Positions 19,306 through 29,710 of a stretch of 64,000 nt of DNA are shown piece by piece. The position numbers were made by a program, and so were the translations under genes. Under the pieces are notes generated by a model. That model saw only the letters and a list, made by a program, of their open reading frames with translations, was not told the origin of the DNA and did no database searches. The stretch's first letter is position 1; the number at the start of each line of letters is the position of its first letter. The stretch is from Bdellovibrio sp. ZAP7. Lineage in GTDB: Bacteria > Bdellovibrionota_B > Oligoflexia > Oligoflexales > RGVZ01. The stretch covers positions 63,491 through 127,490 of the forward strand of contig CAMDKS010000001.1 in NCBI GenBank assembly GCA_945900755.1, read 5' to 3'.

Positions 19306-21510
19306 GTGGTTGGGAAACAAATTAGAATAGAGGTTGAGGGCATGACCTGCGGAGGGTGTGCCTCAAAGGTAACGTCTGCCCTGCAACGTGACGCTCGCGT
19401 AAGCTCGGCCATCGTCGATTTTGCCACCAGAACAGGCGTTGTCGAGGGAGACCTGACTCGTGAGGAAATCGGAGTCATCATATCCTCGGTCGGCTATAAA
19501 CTTGCGGCCGAATTGGATGCATCCGTATCAAGTAATCATTTCGAACCCAACAAATATGGGCCAGAGGTCCAAAAACTAATCCCGGCGGCAGCTCTCGCCA
19601 TCCCGGTCGTTGTTTTGGCGATGGGGCCTTGGCACGTCGATCACGGGGATTGGTGGCAATTTGTATTAACCACATTGTTTTTGGTGTGGCCTGCGAGGTC
19701 CTTCTTTATTCGTACATTTAAGCAACTGCAGCATGGTTTTGTGACCATGGACACACTTGTGTCTATTGGTATGGGGAGTGCGTGGCTGGCTTCCTTGGTC
19801 ATGATGCAAACCGACTCTATGCATCTATATTTCGAGTCATCCGTGATGATTGGATTTTTTGTGATGCTTGGAAAAGCATTGGAGGACCAAGCTCGGAGAA
19901 AATCAATTGGGGATGTTGATCGACTAGTAAAACTGAGGCCAAGAACCATTTGGCGGGCCACGCAGGGACGCTCGCCTGAGGAAATTCCATTGGCGGACGC
20001 AAAAATTGGCGACCATCTCTATTTAAGGCCTGGGGATATGTTGGCGCTGGACGCCGTAGTCGTAGAAGGCTCTGTTAGTTTTGACGAGTCAGTCATCACC
20101 GGCGAAAGCGTGCCAGTGATTCGCCGCCCTGGAGACCCTGTTCCGTCGGGAGCGGTGAATGCCAGCAGTGTTGGAGTCACCCTTAGAATTACGAGAATTG
20201 GCAACGATACCACCGTCGAGCAAATCATTCGCCTCATAGAAGATGCAAGGCTATCGCGTCCACCGATCCAAAAAATTGCAGACAGGGTCTCCGCTGTTTT
20301 TGTACCCATCGTAATGATTCTTTCGGTGTTGACGGGAATAGGTTGGTGGTATTTTGGAGGGTCTGACATTAACACGGCGTTGATGCGAGGACTCAGCGTT
20401 CTGGTCGTGGCGTGTCCCTGTGCCCTTGGCCTTGCAACACCGGTGGCGTGGGTTGCTGGACTTGGGCGGGCGGCTAGGGCGGGCGTACTTGTGCGGTCTT
20501 ATGAGGCGCTAGAAACCTTAAAAAACGCAGATGCCATAGTATTTGATAAAACGGGAACCCTAACCTACGGCCGTCCGACGGTGGTTCGAGTAAATAAAAT
20601 GGCAAAAGACGGCCGAAATGATGTTGTGACGGATGTCCGAAAAAAAAATCCAGTCATCACAACAGATGAAACAATGGCCGCAACGATTTCCGCATTGTCG
20701 CACTCCAGCCACCCCTTATCACGAGCCGTGTCGCACTGGATTAAAGAAAATTATGACGTTTCTGCGGCGCCCCTGAGTAAACTTCAAGAGGAGAGAGCTG
20801 GAGAAGGGGTGCGTTGTGAACTTTTGACTCCGCGCAGAGAAATATTGCGATTCGGAAAACTTGGATTTGTCACAAGCCAGGCCGTGCCCGCTTGGTGCGA
20901 CGCGGAGAGCTCAGGTCACATGCTCGTAGCGGTTTCAATGGATGGTAGTCCAGTACTTCTTTTCGAGCTTGAAGACGTCGTGCGAAATGATGTTAAGGAT
21001 GCATTAGCGCGCCTGGCGGATCGCGGCCTTGACCTCCACGTAGCCTCGGGTGACAGGCCTCACGTGGTTGAAGAATTGGCAAAAAATCTGAAAGGCATAA
21101 CCTCATTTCAAGGTTCGATGACACCCGTCTCCAAGCGAGATTTTGTAGTATCCCTGCAAAAATCCGGCAAAATAATCGCCTTTGTCGGTGACGGGATTAA
21201 TGATGCACCCGCACTGGCGGCCGCAGATGTTGGAATTTCTCTTGGCACTGGAACGGATGTCGCAGCTCATAGTGCAGGCTTGGTTCTTCAAAAATCTGGC
21301 ATCTCGACTTTAGTGGATGCCATAGAATTGTCTCGGCGCATTACCAAAATTATTCATGAGAATTTCTTCTGGGCCTTTTTCTACAACGTCGCAGCGATAC
21401 CCGTGGCGATGGCAGGGTTGGTGACGCCCATGTGGGCTTCAGCGGCAATGGCACTCTCAAGCCTGTCGGTGGTGACCAACGCCTTGCGGCTACGAAGGTA
21501 TAGATTGTAA
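19306..21510 (+). CDS. copA: P1B-1 Cu(I)-type heavy-metal ATPase
   Basis: GMTCGGC HMA domain, TGES, CPC, DKTGT, HP, GDGINDAP, YN and MALSS. Confidence 0.92.
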   Translation: MVGKQIRIEVEGMTCGGCASKVTSALQRDARVSSAIVDFATRTGVVEGDLTREEIGVIISSVGYKLAAELDASVSSNHFEPNKYGPEVQKLIPAAALAIPVVVLAMGPWHVDHGDWWQFVLTTLFLVWPARSFFIRTFKQLQHGFVTMDTLVSIGMGSAWLASLVMMQTDSMHLYFESSVMIGFFVMLGKALEDQARRKSIGDVDRLVKLRPRTIWRATQGRSPEEIPLADAKIGDHLYLRPGDMLALDAVVVEGSVSFDESVITGESVPVIRRPGDPVPSGAVNASSVGVTLRITRIGNDTTVEQIIRLIEDARLSRPPIQKIADRVSAVFVPIVMILSVLTGIGWWYFGGSDINTALMRGLSVLVVACPCALGLATPVAWVAGLGRAARAGVLVRSYEALETLKNADAIVFDKTGTLTYGRPTVVRVNKMAKDGRNDVVTDVRKKNPVITTDETMAATISALSHSSHPLSRAVSHWIKENYDVSAAPLSKLQEERAGEGVRCELLTPRREILRFGKLGFVTSQAVPAWCDAESSGHMLVAVSMDGSPVLLFELEDVVRNDVKDALARLADRGLDLHVASGDRPHVVEELAKNLKGITSFQGSMTPVSKRDFVVSLQKSGKIIAFVGDGINDAPALAAADVGISLGTGTDVAAHSAGLVLQKSGISTLVDAIELSRRITKIIHENFFWAFFYNVAAIPVAMAGLVTPMWASAAMALSSLSVVTNALRLRRYRL

Positions 21511-22176
21511 CGGGAGTTGATGCAACCAGCCGAACGTTAAGGCCTCACCCACATGGTTACAAACGGCCTTTGCACCTGCTGTAAGCATTTGTTCTGCCGT
21601 ATTTTGGGTTAGTACTCCGATGGGAAACATTCCTGCCTTGACCGCAGCCTTAAGGCCGTGGGGGCTATCTTCAAATACGATCACTCGCCCATGGTCAAGA
21701 ACGCTGATTCCTAATGCCTTGGCGCATCTTAAAAAAACCTCGGGATCTGGTTTCGGATTTGTCACGTCATCGCAACCAAATTTATAAGTGACTCCAACCC
21801 CAAGGCGTTCTAACGTTGACGAGATAAACGCCCGAGGAGCATTACTTCCGATGCCGTAAGGAATTTTTTCTGCCGCCAACCAGGTGAATAATTCTCGGGC
21901 TCCGGGTAAGAATTCAATTGTTAGGGAACTGTGTCGAAGAGCCTCACGCTTCAGCTCGGCAAGAGTTTCTCTGGTGTCGGGACGCCCAGCTCTATGAGCT
22001 AAAATATCAGCTATCGCCTGAGTCGAGCGGCCGGGGAGACCTTCGGTGTCGATCAGTGCGGTGCCATATAGCTCCAAATAACTTTGGCGCCAGGCAATAA
22101 GGTGGGCCGACAGGCTATCCACCACCACTCCGTCGAAATCAAAAATGACACCTGCAGGTTTAGCATTTTTTTGCAT
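21490..22176 (-). CDS. HAD-family phosphatase (beta-PGM/CbbY-like)
   Basis: FDFDGVVVDS, GSNA, KPDP, FEDSPHG. Confidence 0.9.
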   Translation of the reverse strand: MQKNAKPAGVIFDFDGVVVDSLSAHLIAWRQSYLELYGTALIDTEGLPGRSTQAIADILAHRAGRPDTRETLAELKREALRHSSLTIEFLPGARELFTWLAAEKIPYGIGSNAPRAFISSTLERLGVGVTYKFGCDDVTNPKPDPEVFLRCAKALGISVLDHGRVIVFEDSPHGLKAAVKAGMFPIGVLTQNTAEQMLTAGAKAVCNHVGEALTFGWLHQLPLQSIPS

Positions 22177-22228
22177 GATCGATTGTCAATTCCATTTTGA
22201 GCAGAAAAAATTGATCCAATATCAGTCT

Positions 22229-22879
22229 ATGCCCTTGAGTATTCCACAGAACCTTTTGGTTTACCAAGCCCTTAGGTTACAATGGACTGATAACCTAAAA
22301 AAAGGCCCAATCCATTTGTCACCACTAAAGCAAATACTTAGAGTTTTCATTGTCACTGGCCTACTGACCTTGCCGATCGATCAGTGGACCAAGGACTTTG
22401 CCAGAGAGCAGTATTTAATTCACGAAGATACGGCGGATACGACTATTTATCAAGGACGCCGCGATGAACTGTTGGCAAAAAAATTTGGCGACAACTGGCT
22501 TACAGTAAACCTAACTTATGTTCGAAATCACGGGGCATCATGGGGAGTGATGAAAGATTTAAGTGAAGATTTTCGTCGGCCCGTTCTAATTCTGATGGGT
22601 TTAGTTTTGACCGCGGCCTTTCTGTGGGCTGCTGTGCGCTTTCAATTGGCAGGTCTGAACAACTCAGCGACAGCCTTGACTCTGCTGTCGGCTGGGGCCG
22701 TAGGAAATTTTTTGGACCGTATTCGCCTCGGTTATGTGGTGGATCTTGTGACAATTAGAAGTGGACTCGCCGGCCACACCTGGAGCCTGCCTGCATTCAA
22801 TGTTGCTGATATCATTATTGTCTTAGGTCTTTTTTATCTATTAACGACAATTGTGTTGAGCTCTAACCAAAAAAATTAG
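22229..22879 (+). CDS. lspA: Lipoprotein signal peptidase II (start uncertain)
   Basis: DQWTK, NHGASWG, GAVGNFLDR, VVD, FNVAD. Confidence 0.92.
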   Translation: MPLSIPQNLLVYQALRLQWTDNLKKGPIHLSPLKQILRVFIVTGLLTLPIDQWTKDFAREQYLIHEDTADTTIYQGRRDELLAKKFGDNWLTVNLTYVRNHGASWGVMKDLSEDFRRPVLILMGLVLTAAFLWAAVRFQLAGLNNSATALTLLSAGAVGNFLDRIRLGYVVDLVTIRSGLAGHTWSLPAFNVADIIIVLGLFYLLTTIVLSSNQKN

Positions 22880-22967
22880 CGGATTGAAATGGAGATTCCA
22901 CCCGAAAATATTTAAGAGCCGCAGTTACATGCTGCTAGAATAGTGACAGGATCGACTTAAACGAAAG

Positions 22968-25385
22968 ATGGCCAAGCGAATGCTTAGAGAAGTCGCTAAA
23001 AAATATATATTACTGACACTCATGGTCTTTTGCATGCCTGGGCGCCTGGCGGCTGAGGATTTGCTTGTTGGCGCCATTCGATCAGAGCTTGAAAAGGAAA
23101 GAAAGCAGAGTCTCAAGGATCGACGCGCACTCGCCACAATAGATCTAAAAAAATTAAACTCGGATGAAGAGCGAGGAGTGGTCCTTTTTGCACAGGGATT
23201 GCAGGCCATGGAAATAAACTCAAATGTGGCGGCAGAAAATTTTGATGCGGCAAAAAAAATGTTCCCAACCAACAGCCCACTCGCACAGCTGATGTCTATT
23301 TATTATGGACGCGCAACGGTAAGCGGCCGCAATGCAAAGGCTATTCTCAACCGTCTAAAAACTCAAGTAAAGGCAGCAGGAAGTTCGGCAAGAATTTGGA
23401 AACCAGAGCAATTTTCAATCATGATCGAGATTTTAATGACTCTAAAGCTAGACTCCTTACTCGCAACTACCTGGATGGAAATGGAGACAAGGGTGAAGCC
23501 TGCGATGCGGGATGAAGGGGTTGCGAAGAAGATTGCAAACTACCTAAATTACCGCAATGTAGACTCCAAAAATGAACTCATATCGATTGTCGAGTCACTG
23601 GCTGGTGGCTACCCGCATTCCGAAAATGGAAGATGGGCATTCCAAAAATTGCAGAGGCTTCAATGCGTGGCTGATGACAGAAAAAATGGCAAGGAAAAAT
23701 ACATTTTTAGCATGTCCTTAATAAACCGCCTGGCGTCCAACACGAACTTGGATGAGGGACTCAAGCAGTTCCTCGCGGAACTAACAAAGGGCAGACTGCG
23801 TGATCTTACAGGGAATGTAAAAATATTAACGCCCACTGAACGAGTGAGCTATCTTATTTCCATTAGACTTTGGAACGAGGCAAAACGCAGCGTCGAAGAA
23901 GATGTGGCAAGGTTTACGGGGTCTTCGTCCGTTGAGGGCAGACAAGAACTCGGGAAGTCCTTGTCCCAATTGGGTCAAATTCAGGGGAAGCAAGGCGAGT
24001 ACCAAGCAGCGGCGAGAACTTGGAGTCTATATATCGAGCTATTTGGGAAAGAGAACGAATGTCGCATGGCTTACGAAAGTCTGGCTGATAGCCTCGCTCG
24101 CCTGCGAGTTCACAGTGCGGCGGCAAAAATTTATGAAAACCTATCTAAGTCTCCCTCAGTAGACCCACTACTTAAGTGGCATCATTTTTGGAACACCTAT
24201 TTGGGGGGTGATTATCGCGCCGCACTTGCACTATTAGATCGGGCCGGATATGTGCCGCCAAGAGACCGCCTCATTCAAGGGGGGCTTAATTATTGGCGCG
24301 CGAAAATTTTGGAGCGCCTCAAATTGACGGATGAATCGAATGTCTTATACAGAAGAATTCTCATTGAAAATGGCGACACCTTCTATGCCATGCTAATACT
24401 GGCTAGAAAGCCCAATCTGAGAGATGCCGATACTGGTAATTTCATGACCTACGATCTTTCTGTCGGACTCTCTGGTGATAGTGAAGGGGCGGCCATAGCC
24501 GGTGCGAAGGGCGAAATTCTGACGTTGCCGGAGGATAACGTGGTCAAAGCGGGAGACGTCTTGGCCTCCGCAAATTACTCCAGTGATGTACGAGCCATTT
24601 CGGCCCTTGCAAAGTGGAGTCAGGTTCAGCTTGGAAGAAGGCTGTTGCGGCACCTACCAACAACGGCCGCGTTATCTAGTACAACAGGTTGGGGGGAGTC
24701 CCTGCGTTTGGCCGTAGATCTTAACGATTATTCTTTCGGGATGAAGTCTAGTTCTAGGACGGGCTCACCACTAAAAGCCATTCCAGCCGCGGCCGCCCAA
24801 ATTGAATCTCATATGGCAAAGCACAATAACGAGTGGCGTGACATATATCCATATGCGTTTCGGAGTATTCTTGAGCCAATTGCTGGGCTCGTTGAAATCG
24901 ACCCATTTTTAGTGCTGAGCCTCATGCGGGCAGAAAGCGTTTATACTGAGGATGCGCGCAGCAATGTGGGCGCACAAGGCCTCATGCAAATTATGCCATT
25001 TACTGGGGTTAGGATTGCGAGGCTTATGAACGATGCTAATTTTCAGCTAAGTGAGTTGCATCAGCCGTTTGTCAATATTGCTTACGGAAGCTACTATATC
25101 AAAAAGCTCTCCGACTATTATCAAGGCAACACTATGCTGGCTGTGGCTGCCTATAACGGCGGTCCAACCTCGGTCAATCGTTGGCTTGGAGAGTATGGCA
25201 ACTTGGAAGCGGATGAATTTATCGAGAACATTCCCTTTCGCGAGACTCGAAATTATGTGAAGTCAGTATTGCGAAATTTCAATAATTATAAGCATATTTG
25301 GGAGCAAAAATCGGGACTTGCGGCCTTACCGCAGGGAGCCTTGCCGTCAAAAAACAAGAATACAGTTGATACGGAGATATTTTGA
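22968..25385 (+). CDS. slt: Soluble lytic transglycosylase, Slt70-like, with TPR/superhelical N-terminus
   Basis: RAES, GAQGLMQIMP, NIAYGSYY, AAYNGG, IPFRETRNYVK. Confidence 0.9.
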   Translation: MAKRMLREVAKKYILLTLMVFCMPGRLAAEDLLVGAIRSELEKERKQSLKDRRALATIDLKKLNSDEERGVVLFAQGLQAMEINSNVAAENFDAAKKMFPTNSPLAQLMSIYYGRATVSGRNAKAILNRLKTQVKAAGSSARIWKPEQFSIMIEILMTLKLDSLLATTWMEMETRVKPAMRDEGVAKKIANYLNYRNVDSKNELISIVESLAGGYPHSENGRWAFQKLQRLQCVADDRKNGKEKYIFSMSLINRLASNTNLDEGLKQFLAELTKGRLRDLTGNVKILTPTERVSYLISIRLWNEAKRSVEEDVARFTGSSSVEGRQELGKSLSQLGQIQGKQGEYQAAARTWSLYIELFGKENECRMAYESLADSLARLRVHSAAAKIYENLSKSPSVDPLLKWHHFWNTYLGGDYRAALALLDRAGYVPPRDRLIQGGLNYWRAKILERLKLTDESNVLYRRILIENGDTFYAMLILARKPNLRDADTGNFMTYDLSVGLSGDSEGAAIAGAKGEILTLPEDNVVKAGDVLASANYSSDVRAISALAKWSQVQLGRRLLRHLPTTAALSSTTGWGESLRLAVDLNDYSFGMKSSSRTGSPLKAIPAAAAQIESHMAKHNNEWRDIYPYAFRSILEPIAGLVEIDPFLVLSLMRAESVYTEDARSNVGAQGLMQIMPFTGVRIARLMNDANFQLSELHQPFVNIAYGSYYIKKLSDYYQGNTMLAVAAYNGGPTSVNRWLGEYGNLEADEFIENIPFRETRNYVKSVLRNFNNYKHIWEQKSGLAALPQGALPSKNKNTVDTEIF

Positions 25386-25508
25386 TCTATTGTCGCCAGT
25401 CTCTTGACACCTAAACGCCAACCTCTTGGCGGACTTTCCTTGCTTATACACTCACTGCTATTCTAAATAGATCAGGAACAAGTATTTGGGCCTAACGAAA
25501 AGGGGTAA

Positions 25509-26156
25509 ATGGTTATGGCAGAACAGTGGTTATCCATTGTCGAATATGCGAGAGCAACCGGAACTTCTGATATGACAATTCGTCGAAGAATTCGCACCGG
25601 AAAAATTAGGGCGGATTTAAGAGACGGAAAATATTTCATCGCCATCTCAGTTGATCAGGCAAATGGTTTGCCGCAGTCGTTACAAAATCACTCCCAATCA
25701 TACCAGCAAGCGTCGGATGCCAATGCATTAGTCAAAAATAGAGTTGCCTCCAATCACACGAACGAACGCGCCATTCCGTTAGTGAGGCGTCCTGAAGATT
25801 TAAAGCAATCAAATCACTATCAAGTTTCCCCGAATTATATTGGACCTCAGAATGTTGTGAGTACGAATCATTCAAATCATTCTACAAATAACTGGAAGGC
25901 TATTCCGGGGACGGTCACCGGCCCACTTGTCGATGCAGGAATGGCAAGCGTTGAGGCTCGAGCGCTCATCGAATTCTGCGACCGCGCTTTGCATCAGGCA
26001 TCCTCTACCGTACAGGCGATCGAAGGCAAGTATTCCGCTCGTCTCGACGCACTCAATGCGCAACTTAATACGAGACACCAAGAGATCAACAGCCTTAACC
26101 AGCAGATTGAGGATCTTCAATTGCTTGTGCAAATTTTGGAACGCAAAAGAGTCTGA
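25509..26156 (+). CDS. HTH (MerR/excisionase-like) plus low-complexity linker plus coiled-coil protein
   Basis: WLSIVEYARATGTSDMTIRRRIRTGKI..GKYFI; C-terminal heptad repeats. Confidence 0.75.
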   Translation: MVMAEQWLSIVEYARATGTSDMTIRRRIRTGKIRADLRDGKYFIAISVDQANGLPQSLQNHSQSYQQASDANALVKNRVASNHTNERAIPLVRRPEDLKQSNHYQVSPNYIGPQNVVSTNHSNHSTNNWKAIPGTVTGPLVDAGMASVEARALIEFCDRALHQASSTVQAIEGKYSARLDALNAQLNTRHQEINSLNQQIEDLQLLVQILERKRV

Positions 26157-26193
26157 TAGTCTAAAAAGAATCTTTGGACACAAAAAATCTAGG

Positions 26194-27339
26194 CTAGAGC
26201 CAAAGCAGACTGCTGTCTCCGTAACTATAGAAACGGTATTGCTGCTGAACAGCTTCGTTATATATAGCACGCATTTGGTCGTAACCGACCAACGCGCATA
26301 CAAGCATGAATAGTGTGCTTTCCGGCTGATGAAAGTTCGTCATAATCCCATCAGCACACCAAGGCGTGTGCCGGTCTTTGGCGAACGATGGTCGAATAAA
26401 TATATTGGTGCGAAGCCACTTTCCGGCGAGCTCTTCTATTCCACAATTTTCTGATATGGAGAGAGCATGCAACCCTTCAAGGCTTCTTAGTGCGGTGGTG
26501 CCAACCACCACCACTTTGCGTCCCTCAGTCTTAGCCTTTTTTATGGAGGCAAGTGTTTGCGCGGGCACCATAAAACGTTCAAAATGCATGGTGTGTCGAG
26601 CAGGATCATTGGTCTTTACGGGTAGAAATGTGCCAGCCCCCACATGTAACGTGACGTGCATGATTTCACATTGTTTGGCCTTGAGGCTAGCCAAGACTTC
26701 GGGGGTGAAATGGAGCCCAGCCGTGGGTGCAGCGACCGAGCCGAGATCCCCTGCATAGACGGTTTGATAGCGATCACGGTCAAATTTTTGCTGATCCGCA
26801 GAGGGATTTTTTCGCAAAATATAGGGCGGCAGAGGCATTTCTCCATTGGCCTCAAGCCAGGTGAGCAGATTTTCGCCGGCCAGATTAAATCGAGCCTCAA
26901 AAGGCAGTGGACCAGAGTCCGACGGTGCACAATCGTTCACAATGGTGGCCGTAAGCCCATGGCTAAACGTGACAATCGTCCCCGCCGCAAGCTTGCGCAT
27001 GGGTTTGCCGAGGCACAACCAAGTCTCCCCCGCATCCCTCGCGGCCGTGTACAAAAGGGGCTCCAAAAGTAGAAGCTCAACGGCGCCGCCCGTCACAAGT
27101 TTTCCATGAATCCGGCTGGCAATCACTCGAGAGTCGTTTACAATAAATAGAGTGCCTTTGGGAACTGCGTTTGAAAGGTTTGAAACTTGGCTATGTGAGA
27201 CTTTATGCCCGTCCCATATCAAACATTTAGAATGATCTCGCTCAAGCAAGGGTCGCTGCGCCACCTGATCAGGTGGTACTGCAAAATCAAAAGCTTTAAG
27301 GTCAAGGTACTTATCCGTCAATTTTGCCTCATGCGTCAC
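26194..27339 (-). CDS. queA: S-adenosylmethionine:tRNA ribosyltransferase-isomerase
   Basis: NDSRVI, PLPPYI, YQTVYA, SVAAPTAGLHF, LHVGAGTF, TNFHQPEST, YRFYSYGD; start may be TTG at 27321. Confidence 0.97.
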   Translation of the reverse strand: MTHEAKLTDKYLDLKAFDFAVPPDQVAQRPLLERDHSKCLIWDGHKVSHSQVSNLSNAVPKGTLFIVNDSRVIASRIHGKLVTGGAVELLLLEPLLYTAARDAGETWLCLGKPMRKLAAGTIVTFSHGLTATIVNDCAPSDSGPLPFEARFNLAGENLLTWLEANGEMPLPPYILRKNPSADQQKFDRDRYQTVYAGDLGSVAAPTAGLHFTPEVLASLKAKQCEIMHVTLHVGAGTFLPVKTNDPARHTMHFERFMVPAQTLASIKKAKTEGRKVVVVGTTALRSLEGLHALSISENCGIEELAGKWLRTNIFIRPSFAKDRHTPWCADGIMTNFHQPESTLFMLVCALVGYDQMRAIYNEAVQQQYRFYSYGDSSLLWL

Positions 27340-28551
27340 GTTTTTGGCCTCCAGTGGCTCGCAGTTTCTATACGAATTTGCCTCATTGGTCTATTTTTAT
27401 CTGACACCAGCCAAGCCTTTCCCGAATTAGTATTTGCTCGTGATTTCGGAGCGTTAGTTGGAGCTCCCCGCACAAAACTAGTGGTCATTTACAATTCCGG
27501 CACCAAGGACAAGCCAAATTTCAGGATGGCCAGACCAGACATCATCCCGATTGATGATGAAGGACACATTATTTGGTACGAAAACATAATGTGGCAAAAC
27601 GCATCTATGGCTCCACTGGACAGAATTGTTCTCGAAAATAGTGTGTTCGGAATAAAGACTCGTGATCGATTCTCGTTCCCAGGCTGCTCTCCAAAATATG
27701 GAGAAATGATAACCTCTGTACACGGAGTCGCTTGGCTCGTGACGTGCCGCGACGAGGTCATAAAAAAAATCGAGCACGAATCAATGCGTCTAGTCTACGA
27801 CGAAAAAAAGGCCGAGATCAATTCGCTTTTGTATAACTACAAATTTAAACCCGAAAACCAAATGCTGTTTCAATCCATAACGCTGAAAGGGTCTCCGGAC
27901 TTTTTGCTTGCGGCCGATAGTGACCTCTACATCAAGGCCGACATCAAAAATTTCTTTACCCTAAATTTTCACGCTTCAGACATTGAAAGCAAGATGAACG
28001 CAAAGCGATTCCACCCCACCGTGGCCCTTGCGTCGTTAGGTTTTTATTTAAAGGTTCTATTTTTTAAAATCTCCCTGGACTTAAATACAGATGTCGCCTT
28101 TTTTGAAAGTTCCGCCACTATTCCCATGGTCATGACGTTGCCGGTAGATGCATCAACCAGGCTAAATAAAAAAAGTGGAGTCCTTTATAGCTTTAAACTA
28201 GGAGACGCCGTCGACCCAAAGTCACTGGGTATTGCTATGCCACTTTTGGATCCAAGTCTGTTGGCGGGAGCGTCTAAGACAGAAGGTCTTAAAAACTGTA
28301 CTGACGAATGCCTCTACACACTTCAACTCCCGGCGCAAAACAAAGTCGCCAAAATGGAAATAGTTTTGCCTCGGCAAGTGGTCGAGCTGGGGATGTTTCC
28401 GTGGTTTGTCAGCGACATCGGCGCAGCGACGAAGGAAATGGGCTGGAAACTTCCAGAGAAACTGGATCTAAAAAATAGAGTCGGCATCTACTTCGAAGTT
28501 TCCGGCCTTCCTAAAGGGAGTCATCCTTGGGACTTTAAGATGTCGTTTTGA
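27331..28551 (+). CDS. Secreted hypothetical protein
   Basis: Long ORF; signal-peptide-like segment after ATG 27331 ending SQA. Confidence 0.65.
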   Translation: MRHVFGLQWLAVSIRICLIGLFLSDTSQAFPELVFARDFGALVGAPRTKLVVIYNSGTKDKPNFRMARPDIIPIDDEGHIIWYENIMWQNASMAPLDRIVLENSVFGIKTRDRFSFPGCSPKYGEMITSVHGVAWLVTCRDEVIKKIEHESMRLVYDEKKAEINSLLYNYKFKPENQMLFQSITLKGSPDFLLAADSDLYIKADIKNFFTLNFHASDIESKMNAKRFHPTVALASLGFYLKVLFFKISLDLNTDVAFFESSATIPMVMTLPVDASTRLNKKSGVLYSFKLGDAVDPKSLGIAMPLLDPSLLAGASKTEGLKNCTDECLYTLQLPAQNKVAKMEIVLPRQVVELGMFPWFVSDIGAATKEMGWKLPEKLDLKNRVGIYFEVSGLPKGSHPWDFKMSF

Positions 28552-28576
28552 GCGGCTATAAATGAAAGTACTGCGA

Positions 28577-29710
28577 CTAGAGGCGGGGACTGCTGCTCGC
28601 AGCTGCAGCGCCATGGGTCGTTTTCAGGCGATAGGGCTCTAAAAAAAGACTCGATCCCGTTCTCTTTGGTGCAGCGGGGCTGGCAAACGGATACTTAATG
28701 GCGTGCTCGAGGCCTGGAGAAAATTGCGTCCAGTATTCGCCGATTTTATTTGGATTCGTCGTTTCAAGTTCAAGCGTCACGGTGGGAATGCCACGTTCGT
28801 TGCCGGCATAATTTCCGAGGCTACCTGGGTAGAAGGAGTAGTCGACAATTTTATAATTTCTGCTCGAGGCACTCATATTTTGGACAAGAGACTTAGCTTT
28901 TTCTTCGCTGGACGTTAGGGCCCGTGGTTTTTGCTCGGTTGGTCCATCATAATCATAGAAACCTAAGGGTGCGTGCAGCGATATAATTTTGTCAGGTTTA
29001 AACGTGTCGACGAGCCAAATTTGAAAAATCGTTTCGATTTCACTGTTCGGAATTGGCCCAGGAAAGTGCCGTGGATTTTGTTGCCGACGCTCGGCCCACC
29101 AGCGTTTCGCAGTGGAGTACCAGTCTCTTGTAAAGAAATTACGATTCAGATCGACGCCGCGTAAATTAGTGCGATGTGCGGTTTTCTGCAAAAATCCGTC
29201 GGGATTGACCAGTGGGGCGACGATGACGCGACTTCCTTCGGGAATTAGATTGGGGTTTGCCTGAAGGTGAAGCGCGAATTTGAAAACCAACGGAATCGGA
29301 GTTAATTCGTCAGGGTGTACGCCTCCGAGGATCAGTGTGGTGTTTGGGCCGTGGCCAAATTCGGCATAAATGAGCGGGCTGCCGCCGTGGCTTTTGAGTT
29401 GGCTTTTCCATGGAACACCGTTATTGCCGCAGCCTTCTTTGTTGGGATCCCACTTGAGGACAGCATAATTTTTAGCGATTTTCTGGCAAAGAGTCGTTAT
29501 CGTGGAAGGTTCCTTTTCGCTGTCTAACATGAACTCGTGGTAGGTATCGGTGAGGACTGCGGGCAAATTGATAAAGCCGTCTTTCATGGCTTGATCTGTG
29601 ATGCGAAACCCTTGTCCAAAGGTTGCGTGGGCTGGCGCAAGCACAACCCATGCGACGAGCACTTTTAAGCAGCGGCGAGGGTTTAGTAAATTGAGAATTT
29701 TTAGCTGCAT
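28577..29710 (-). CDS. mpaA: M14 zinc carboxypeptidase, MpaA-like (murein peptide amidase), with a signal peptide
   Basis: GGVHPDE, NPDG, RTNLRGVDLNRNF, SLHAP, PGSLGNY, TLEL. Confidence 0.85.
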   Translation of the reverse strand: MQLKILNLLNPRRCLKVLVAWVVLAPAHATFGQGFRITDQAMKDGFINLPAVLTDTYHEFMLDSEKEPSTITTLCQKIAKNYAVLKWDPNKEGCGNNGVPWKSQLKSHGGSPLIYAEFGHGPNTTLILGGVHPDELTPIPLVFKFALHLQANPNLIPEGSRVIVAPLVNPDGFLQKTAHRTNLRGVDLNRNFFTRDWYSTAKRWWAERRQQNPRHFPGPIPNSEIETIFQIWLVDTFKPDKIISLHAPLGFYDYDGPTEQKPRALTSSEEKAKSLVQNMSASSRNYKIVDYSFYPGSLGNYAGNERGIPTVTLELETTNPNKIGEYWTQFSPGLEHAIKYPFASPAAPKRTGSSLFLEPYRLKTTHGAAAASSSPRL

